Source: Bugula neritina
Lineage: Eukaryota > Animalia > Bryozoa
Direction: 5' to 3'
NCBI GenBank assembly: GCA_964035545.1
Contig: OZ037770.1
Location: 2,760,662-2,824,661 of the forward strand
DNA length: 64,000 nucleotides
Each line of letters starts with the position of its first letter. Positions within the stretch are counted from its first letter, which is position 1. The notes beneath the pieces were generated by a model. It made no database searches, was not told where the DNA came from, and saw nothing but the letters and a program-made list of their open reading frames with translations. The position numbers and the translations under genes are program-made. Positions 56,101 through 64,000 of the stretch are shown in pieces.

Positions 56101-59100
56101 GTAGTGGGTATTCGTAATCACTTCAACTACTATTGTGTTGTTTAATTATGATACTAGTAACTACTACTGTGTTATCAATATTTCACCTTGAACTTCACAT
56201 GTCTCAGACTATAGAGAGGTGAGTGATGTACTGGTGTGATGTCACTGTTAGTGCATGGTACGTCCACCAGTGGTGTGTTATTACCGGCGCGTTTCGAGTA
56301 TGTGGTGAGATGAAAGGGGGGGGGGGAATCGCATGCTGTGTTTTGTTGTATTGGTTGAAAATAAACTGGTCTCACCCCAGAATGCTGTTTAAGTGTAACT
56401 TTGAGAAGAATTTTTTATTAATTTATTTAAAATTAAATCTTTACTAAGTTGTTTGTTTTGCTTTACCATCATTTATCATATTGAGCAAGTTTCCAATACT
56501 TTTAAATATATAGTTTAGCTAAAAGTAACACGAGGCATATTCTATCATATATACTCATATATACTCATATATACTACCATATAATCATATATCCTATCAT
56601 ATACTCATATATACTATCATATACTCATATATCCTATCATATATTCCCATTCAGCATCTCAAATCTGGAAATGGAGCTGAAGAAGTTCAGGAACCAGTTC
56701 GAGGAAGCCACCGACAGTCACGAGAAGGAACTCAAGAATCTGAACAACCAGATCACCGATCTCAGTCGCCAAAAGGAGGCTGCCCTTCGCGAGGTCAGCT
56801 ATTTTTACAATACTCATTGTCTCAGTGATAAATAGATCTATCCTTTATTGGCATTAGTAACATTTCGATAGATTGAGTTCAAAGTTTATTCGGATTAGCA
56901 ACTATTACATCCAACATGAAATAATTGTTCTGTTTTCAGGTTGCAGAGCTGAAAGTGCAGCTGAAGATGACAGAAGAGACGAGAGACTCTATACGTCGAG
57001 ATCTCATTGAAGCCAACAGGAAGATCAGAGAAGGTGAGAGGTCATTGCTGTGTCCTTTCATTGGTTAACAGAGATTACAAGCTACTTCCTGTTTTTCTCA
57101 TTAATTTACGGAGATTTGACTTGATTACTAGTTATTTCCTGTTTTTTGTCTTCTGCTGAAATGCAGACGTTGCAGTGTTTGTCAACTCTTGTTTGCAGCT
57201 GATGAGAGCATTGAACTCCAACGCAAGCAGAACTTTGATCTCAAACGTAACATTAACGATGAAGTTCGTGAAAAAGAGGCTGTGAGCAAGGCGGCCAATG
57301 AGCTGCGGTGTAAGGTGAAGGCCAGTGAGGGAGAGAAAGTCGATTTGAGTCGAACTATTCAGGAGCTAAGGCAGCGAGTGTCTAGTGAGTGACTCGGTAT
57401 TGTTTCTCTCTCCTGTGCATTCCTTGTTTACCTTTTTTTTAAAAAATTTAAATTTAAATCAATAAATATTTTATTGATAGAGAAAATTGTGACAGCTACT
57501 ATAAAATTTTTTTAAACTATGTTATAATAGAATATTATTCTGTATCGTTTATCTTTGTGTTCTACTGAACTAGTAACTTTCTTTGTATAGTACTGGAAGA
57601 GCAGAAAATAGGCATACAGAAGGAGTCGTCAGAGCTGCGTAACACACTGCGGGAGGTGGAGAAAGCCCGACTCGATGCTAGAAGGGAGTTGCAGGAACTG
57701 AGGCGTCAGATAAAGATGCTGGACGGAGAGAAGACAAAGTTGTGTACAGAAGTGAACGAACTGCAGGGCAGAGTGGCTCGCGATGAGGAGAGAGAAGAGG
57801 ACAGTAGGAAGGAGAATTTTGGTCTCAAACAGAAGGTATGTACACTCCCAGTTTGTGTCTAATGTTGGTGAATGAGTGAAGCCTAAGAGAGCATCGATGT
57901 GTAAAGTTTTCTCATTGCCGAGTAATGGCTTCACGAAAATCAAATTGATTATGTTTGGTATATTTTTTTTCTAAAGTTTTGTGTATTGATTTTTATTTGA
58001 GTTTTACTTTTAAAATCAGTAGGTGAGAGTATTTCTTTAAGCCTATCAACATATGACACAAGAATTAAAGACTATTAAATGAAGTGTTTCCATTAATATA
58101 CTAGAACTAACACAACTAGTAGTACATGAACTAACACAACTAGTACTACATGAACTACCACAACTAGTACTACATGAACTAACACAACTAGTACTACATG
58201 AACTAACACAACTATTACTACATATACTAACAAAAGTTGCAACATGTAATTTGGCTGTCATAAAGTTTCTAATTTTTAATGCAAATATTCTTGAGCAATG
58301 ACTATAGTCTTGCTGCCACATCTTCACCCTCTATTTCCTGTGCAAGTGGCATGACATGAAATATTTTAAAGTCTATCACTATGAGAACCCCTGGTGGTGA
58401 GAGTTTTGTAAGTAGACTAAGAACTGTTTTGGTGCAATTGTGACCAGATGCATTTCCTGACATCACCAATGACTAAGCTAGAGCTCTAATCACCAGACCT
58501 AGCTGCTCCACCATAGTCTGTACACGTACCTACCCGTTACTTCACCAGGTTGTGAAGACTGAGGCCTCCCGTGAGGCTCTCAGAAAGGAGCTGTCCAATC
58601 AGCAGCGTCGACTGGCAGAGTTTGAGGATCAGGCTAGGGGAGTGGAGAAGGACTTGAAGCTGGCTCTGGAGGAGTCACGGGGTTCAGAGAGGAGACTGGA
58701 TGATAACAAGAGGAACCTGGAGATCCAGCTGGAGAACATGAGCGCAGAGATTCAGGTGGCTTATTAGTGGCTAAGTTTTTTCTGAACTTATTAACAACTG
58801 CTTGTTTTCTGTGAATCAGTGACTAAATGTTTCATGCTGTAAATCTCATTATAAGATCTACTCCAATGGTTTATTTTCAAAGCATGCGTGTTCAGCAGGC
58901 GTGTTTATTATCTCCACATGTAAATATCTTTCGCTTGTATTAATCAAATACAAACGCTATTAGAGCATAGCACTTCTGAATACACGAAGCCTTGCATCTT
59001 AACTTTGATGAAATATAATGGTTAATATTCTTACTTAAAAATTCTATTCCTCTCTAACTTTCATCAATCATCACTCTATGTTTACACCACAGGCATCATG

Positions 59101-62100
59101 TCTTGTTGTATTGCAGGAGCTGAAGTTGGCGCTGAACGGATCCGAGGGCAGAGTGGAGGCTCTGGAGAGTCAACTGGCCAGACTGGAGGGGAACCGCAGA
59201 GATCTGGAGTACAAGTTGGCCAGCATCCACTCCTCCTTGCGCAGGTCCATCGGCTTCAGACAAGACAACTATGTGGATGGGAGGAGCCTGCGCCCCAGAA
59301 GTACCAGTCCTAGACGCAGACCCGCCTCTCCTTCTAAAGGTTAGCTTTGCAGGGTTACAGTTTTGTTCCTTAAGTGAAACATTAACTTGTTTGTTTAAAT
59401 ATAATATATACAGTACTCCCTCCATATTTCACTAAGCTACAGTACTCCCTCCGTATCTCACTAAGCTACAGTACTCCCTCCGTATCTCACTAAGCTACAG
59501 TACTCCCTCCATATCTCACTAAGTTACAGTACTCCCTCCATATCTCACTAAGCTACAGTACTCCCTCCGTATCTCACTAAACTACAGTACTCCCTCCGTA
59601 TCTCACTAAACTACAGTACTCCCTCCGTATCTCACTGAGCTACAGTACTCCCTCCATATGTCACTAAGCTACAGTACTCCCTCTGTATCTCACTAAGCTA
59701 CAGTACTCCCTCCATATCTCACTAAGCTACAGTACTCCCTCCATATCTCACTAAGCTACAGTACTCCCTCCGTATCTCACTGAGCTACAGTACTCCCTCC
59801 ATATGTCACTAAGCTACAGTACTCCCTCTGTATCTCACTAAGCTACAGTACTCCCTCCATATCTCACTAAGCTACAGTACTCCCTCCATATCTCACTAAG
59901 CTACAGTACTCCCTCCATATCTCACTAAGCTACAATACTCCCTCTGTATCTCACTAAGTTACAGTACTCCCTCCGTATCTCACTAAGCTACAGTACTCCC
60001 TCCGTATCTCACTAAGCTACAGTACTCCCTCCATATCTCACTAAGCTACAGTACTCCCTCCATATCTCACTAAGCTACAGTACCCCCTCTGTATATCACT
60101 AAGCTACAGTACTCCCTCTGTATCTCACTAAGCTACAGTACTCCCTCCATATCTCACTAACCTACAGTACTCCCTCTGTATCTCACTAAGCTACAGTACT
60201 CCCTCCGTATCTCACTAACCTACAGTACTCCCTCCGTATCTCACTAAGCTACAGGTACGAATTCATGACATGGTAGAATACCAGATTCAACTCCGGGATC
60301 TGTTGAATTCAGCCGTTTTGTCTATATACACATGCATAAGCCTATAGAATTTCGTGAAAAATGGAACCGTGAGACATGGAGGGAGCACTCACTGTGTTTG
60401 TAATATTGCTTATAATCTAATTCGAGTTTTAACAGTTCTTTTTTCATCAAATATACAACATTCGGCTAAGTTGAATCACCATTTTATCTGTTATTATCTT
60501 TGTACAGGTTTTGACAATACATACACGACCACTACAGACGGGAGGGGCTCACCTATTCCCCGCACTGGTTCTCCTGACCGTCTGCGATCCAGGTCTACAT
60601 CTCCGATACGCCGGACTATCTCTCCCTCTCGAGCAGCTCTGGACGAGTCGGCCACCTCTGCCGCTGACCTTGACCCGGAGGCTGTGAGGGTCGCTCTGAG
60701 AGAGTACGTCACGCTGATGGCAAATACTGAGCGGGAGAGAGACGATGCCCTGGCTCAGGTGAGACTCGCACCTGGTCATGTGACTCGCAGCTGGTCATGT
60801 GACTTACAGCTGATCATGTGGCTCACAGCTGATCATGTGACTCGCAGCTGGTCACATTATCCAAACTTATTTCATTTTCTAAACGTTACTTTTCAAAATA
60901 ACATCAATTGAAATTACAGCATCTATCAAGTTTAAATTCTAAGAGCTTACAGCTCGCCATATGATAGAACCGCATGTTTAAAATTATAAAATATAAAATC
61001 ATAGCTAAAGGAGTTTTGGTGTGACTTCTTTTCTCTTTTTTGTGTCCTCTTTTTAGCTGGTCACATGATTAGCTGGTCATGTGATTAACAGCTGGTCACA
61101 TGGTTCAGACTTGCTTAAATTTCTGAAAGTCATTTATCAAAATATGTTATTTAAAGCCGAAGCACCTACTAAGTTTAGTCTAAGCTGTAATATTATGTAT
61201 TATAGCACTTTGGTGTGATTCTAGTATCACAGCTTTTGTGTGGCTGAAGTTTCACTTTGTGTTGTCCTCTGATTGTATCATGTTCTTGGAGCTGTGCATT
61301 ACGTGAATACGCAACGCAACGCCATATCTTGAAATTAATCAACTTCTTTTTCATATCTTTTGTTGAAAGCTGTCGCTTGACAACACTCCAGTGAATGTGT
61401 GTTTTGAGTGGTTTTCTGTGCTGGAATATATTCAATTCTATTCAATTACCGGATTGCATACACCTCTGTCTGCTTACCCACTCTGTATGCAATATATGGG
61501 ACCTACAGCACAGAACAGCAGCAGTAGCAAGCTAGCAAAGCACCTGTTAGAGCGTGTCAAGCTTGTCACTCATTACTCATTTGAATCGTAACATTTGCTG
61601 CGACACTTGTGTCTGTTTGGAAATGGATAACTACCAACACATTTACTCATTTAGGGATGTTTGTGTCAACTCATCGACAGGTTCTTGTTATTGCTGCAGA
61701 AAGGTGAGGGTAGCTACACATCAACCACCTTACAGTCTGTGTCACTTATTATGACACTACTCCGTGACACATCAACCACCTTACAGTATGTGTCGCTTAT
61801 TATGACATTTCTCTGTGACACATCAACCACCTTACAGTCTGTGTCACTTATTATGACACTGCTCTGTGACACATCAACTACGTTACAGTCTGTGTCACTT
61901 ATTATGACACTGCTCTGTGACACATCAACTACCTTACAGTCTATGTCGCTTATTATGACACTGCTCTGTGACACATCAACTACGTTACAGTCTGTGTCAC
62001 TTATTATGACACTGCTTTATGACACTTCAACCACCTGGCTGACCGTGTCACTACCTACATGACAGGTTGTATCAAGTGCTGTTTTGTATTCAGGTAAGAG

Positions 62101-63604
62101 GGCTGAATGGACAGCTGGCAGAGCTTTCTGGAGACAGAAGTCGAATTGAGGAAAGACTCAACACTCTGCAGAAGTCAATGACCGAGGTTGAAGAGGACAA
62201 GAGAGGTCTTGGTAAGTTGTTTTACTGTTTCAGTTTTTTTTCAATTTTAGGTTATGGTTGACACCAGAATCTTGACCAACCTAACAAGATTGTTAGAAAT
62301 GACCAAACTTGTAAGATTGTGATAAATAGTCTAGTGATAGAAATCAACTTTTAGTTTCACGTTTTGTAGTATTATTATTCATAAATATTTGTTGTATAAT
62401 AATTCTTCGCACAAGAAATGGTGTCTGTATGCGTTATTGGTAATCTTGTACTTTGCGATGTTAAAGGAATCTGATTGGTTACTTTTTATTCTGCAGACGG
62501 CAGATTTGCCAGTGCACAGACTGCATTGATGCTGCAAGAGGAGACAATCCGACGTAATGAGCGGGAAAGGAAGGTTATGACTGATAAACTGACAAACCTG
62601 GAGAGATCATTGAATGCCTCAGAAAGTGAGAAGAAGCAGCAACAGGATAGAATCATCAAACTCAAATCGGTGAGTGATTACCTGATAGATTTAGAAACAT
62701 GGTTAGTTTTTTGATAAAAGAAAATTGAAAGTATGCTTTAATGTTAGAAAAATTTCATGTAGCTTTTTTTTAGAAGTAGCCTGACTTATAACATATAAGT
62801 TATACTTTTTTATCCAAACACAAGTGATTCAAAGATAAGTTTGAGTTTTAGTGAGTCGAAGTGATTTAAATCACGTGATTGTTTGCATTTTTCACTTTCA
62901 AATAGAGATATTCCAGCAAGTCTACTCCTCGCAAGAGAAAGGTAGGGTGACAATGTAGTGACCTCCAGTAGTCACCTTGACCTTTGTAGGACCTTTGCAG
63001 TCGATTATTTCTCTCACTGATGCATGTCATACAAATAGCTGTCTGATAGGTTTGTTGTTATCTCTCTACACACTCTTCAGCATGAGTTGAATCACCTGCC
63101 TGCATGTACTGAGCTGAGCCAAACAGGTTTGATATTGCATAGTCACACGGCTTCAATGGTGTTGTGTGAGTTAGTCGATGTAACAAGCATCTCTATTGGC
63201 TGGAGATATATATGTCACTCGTGCTGTAGGACATTGCTAAGATGGAGGAGGACAAGAAAGCATTGAGATCTTCGCTGGAAGATGCAGAGAACAGGTGCAC
63301 AAAGCTGGAGCTGACGAAGAGAGCACTGGAAGGAGACATACAGAGGACGAAACTGGTTCTTACAGACAAAGATACGGAAATGCAGGCAAGTGTCGTCTCA
63401 TCATTTGCTTGATTCTGTGTTTATTAAACTATTTTTAGTTACAAATGATATTAATTCTCCATGTTTCAGGTGTTGCACGAGAGAATAGAGAACTTAGCCC
63501 GACAAACTCAAGAGATGGAGGGACGTAACCAAAGCCTCCAACTCACAGTCGATAGACTGTCACTCACCCTGGCTAAAACAGAGGAAGAGGAATCGGCTCA
63601 AAAG
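29110..63604 (+). CDS. CROCC: Rootletin (ciliary rootlet coiled-coil protein), 3'-truncated by window end
   Basis: 33 phase-consistent exons: 29110-29148, 31827-31964, 32482-32628, 39042-39233, 39426-39500, 39616-39732, 40407-40577, 41177-41410, 41729-41826, 42682-42864, 43180-43311, 43648-43875, 44589-44703, 45169-45305, 45859-46028, 47015-47163, 52563-52766, 53266-53442, 53744-53888, 54775-54944, 55290-55469, 55777-55916, 56655-56793, 56940-57033, 57199-57384, 57591-57835, 58549-58755, 59117-59339, 60508-60758, 62094-62211, 62497-62669, 63230-63385 (GC donor), 63470-63604. Diagnostic peptides: RLEDLLSQARAERDDIGIKYSAVSERLEQALRL, YKRKLQAYQDGQQRQASLVQKLQAKVLQYKKKC, VNSMLREQLDQA, FNDYFSAEHSRLLNLWR, AVQAALNKRQLQV, DLDPEAVRVALR, SAQTALMLQEETIRR. 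Confidence 0.96.
32746..32978. mobile_element. Tc1/mariner-type MITE-like element with duplicated right terminus
   Basis: TA-CAGT...ACTG-TA ends. The right end GCTTAGTGAGATACAGAGAGAGTACTGTA is present twice and is the reverse complement of the 29-bp satellite unit. Confidence 0.45.
34772..34925 (+). mobile_element. MITE family C copy
   Basis: GAGAAATTGAGATAGCCTAAG...CATAACTTCTTATGCTACATTTCTAATTTAGAACGCAGGCTTTTCTC...TTACTGCA. Confidence 0.7.
37062..37075. promoter_or_regulatory. RFX X-box in rootletin intron 3
   Basis: GTTGCTATGGTTAC (reverse complement GTAACCATAGCAAC) matches the X-box consensus. Ciliary genes are typical RFX targets. Confidence 0.55.
37608..37637 (+). CDS. CROCC: Candidate alternative first coding exon of rootletin (MSYYSDDSDP)
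   Basis: GCAGCCATGA start context, 10 codons, then a strong GTAAGT donor in phase 0, compatible with the phase-0 exon at 39042. An X-box lies about 530 bp upstream. Confidence 0.5.
42345..42660. repeat. 26-bp minisatellite (GTGACAGGGCACCTGTATCACACACA)
   Basis: About 12 copies ending about 20 nt before the acceptor at 42681. Confidence 0.92.
42890..43025. repeat. 21-bp minisatellite (GTGGTGATGTCACTGTACTGT)
   Basis: About 6 copies shortly after the donor at 42865. Confidence 0.88.
44736..44873. repeat. 25-bp minisatellite (TACACTGTAGTAAACACTGTACAAG)
   Basis: About 5-6 copies. Confidence 0.85.
45310..45596. repeat. About 29-bp minisatellite (CTCAGTATACTATATACTCTCTGTCTCT)
   Basis: About 10 variable-length copies directly after the donor at 45306. 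Confidence 0.88.
46274..46920. repeat. 29-bp satellite (TACAGTACTCCCTCCGTATCTCACTAAGC), array 1
   Basis: About 22 copies. Confidence 0.95.
47388..52173. mobile_element. Kolobok-like DNA transposon (decayed), about 4.8 kb, in rootletin intron 16
   Basis: TTAA on both flanks (47384-47387, 52174-52177). Imperfect 24-bp TIRs (AGGCGGTAAGCTTCCAGGTTATTT vs reverse complement ACATCGTAGGCATCCAGGTTATTT, 18/24 identical). Contains a KolX/P2X7-ballast-like pseudo-ORF. Confidence 0.7.
49620..50220 (-). pseudogene. Decayed KolX / P2X7-ballast-like (Zn-cysteine domain) ORF
   Basis: Colinear minus-strand fragments EEWCK*KKFQVQKAKEQSECCQS, FVTDHPG, RVLEVTYNSYLHHHG, WFCSYRVLIFWLFPNLHRRQRKPPSACLYN*, PPTDDD*QFAG follow the WC.C..C...CC / IT.HPGF / VL..AY..Y / AYR...W...R..LP.C / FP...Y.GF pattern, with stops and frameshifts. 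Confidence 0.68.
52969..53269. repeat. 35-bp minisatellite containing the exon-18 acceptor
   Basis: Unit GTCATGTGACTGTTGCAGACGTATTTGTATATTGA; the ninth TTGCAG is the in-frame acceptor (53265/53266). Confidence 0.92.
54161..54598. mobile_element. 438-bp MITE with 21-bp TIRs
   Basis: AGAATAGACCCTTTTCAGAGG at the left end vs CCTCCGAAAAGGGTCTATTCT at the right end (20/21 complementary); AT-rich non-coding interior. Confidence 0.75.
58100..58215. repeat. 24-bp minisatellite (ACTAACACAACTAGTACTACATGA)
   Basis: About 5 copies. Confidence 0.85.
58440..58510 (-). mobile_element. Internally deleted SINE family A fragment
   Basis: GATGCATTTCCTGACATCACCAATG...AGACCTAGCTGCTCC matches the core and 5' end of family A in reverse orientation. 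Confidence 0.5.
59409..60254. repeat. 29-bp satellite, array 2 (same unit as 46274-46920)
   Basis: About 29 copies. Confidence 0.95.
61717..62035. repeat. 51-bp minisatellite
   Basis: Unit ACATCAACCACCTTACAGTCTGTGTCACTTATTATGACACTGCTCTGTGAC, about 6 copies. Confidence 0.9.
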
Positions 63605-64000
63605 GTACCTATAGACTGAGGCCCAAAGGAGACGTCTTGTTTATTAGTTCAACTTTGCTATTTTAGTTGATCGTTGAGTTATTTCTGGACTCACAACTTT
63701 TGATTGCTATTGTGATTTTGCTGAAGAGTTAAAAGTAGCTTAATGCTAGTTTTATGACAATAGAGGGGTTTCAAACATCCCTCTAGAGGAATTTGTATTT
63801 TAAAGTTGTCTCCCCCTACAGGTATTGGGGGCAGTCTCAATGATATATAGAAGGCCCATAAAATCAGTAGAAATGTAAGGTTTGAGTGAAGACTATTACT
63901 AGTGTATGTTTCATTTTTTCTGAGATTGATATTTTGGCATAAGCACACATATGAGCAGTTTCAGAATTTTTTTAAAAAATTTTGTTATTGATAAATTTCA

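Noticed and set aside
46274-60254. 29-35-bp repeat arrays as possible CRISPR arrays
   Set aside because: The units are head-to-tail with no unique spacers, there are no cas genes, and the context is eukaryotic introns.
61661-62062. 133-aa ORF with 17-aa repeats
   Set aside because: It is the translation of a 51-bp intronic minisatellite; the flanking rootletin exons join in phase without it.

Overview
AT-rich animal genomic DNA with spliceosomal introns, probably from a lophotrochozoan invertebrate (inference). Gene models were reconstructed by hand from splice sites and reading-frame phase, and family assignments come from recognised motifs, not searches. Four protein-coding genes are supported: (1) the 3' six exons of a lachesin/IgLON-like, probably GPI-anchored Ig adhesion gene (+, 2014-6513); (2) a complete 8-exon, 340-aa gene resembling ETX/MTX2 (aerolysin-fold, Cry23/glabralysin-type) beta-pore-forming proteins (+, 15976-22627), with a GC-AG intron, an N-terminal Cys cluster and RFX X-boxes upstream; (3) a convergent 3-exon secreted protein with a Thr-rich mucin stalk and a uromodulin/OIT3-type D8C domain (-, 23791-25627); (4) rootletin/CROCC (+, 29110 to beyond the window end, 33 exons visible) with a candidate internal X-box promoter and alternative first exon. 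Non-coding space holds a perfect 1.2-kb (CA)n, two tRNA-derived repeat families, several MITEs, a 4.8-kb TTAA-flanked Kolobok-like element carrying a decayed P2X7-ballast-like ORF, and many minisatellites that start or end at splice sites. No CRISPR array or prokaryotic system is present.
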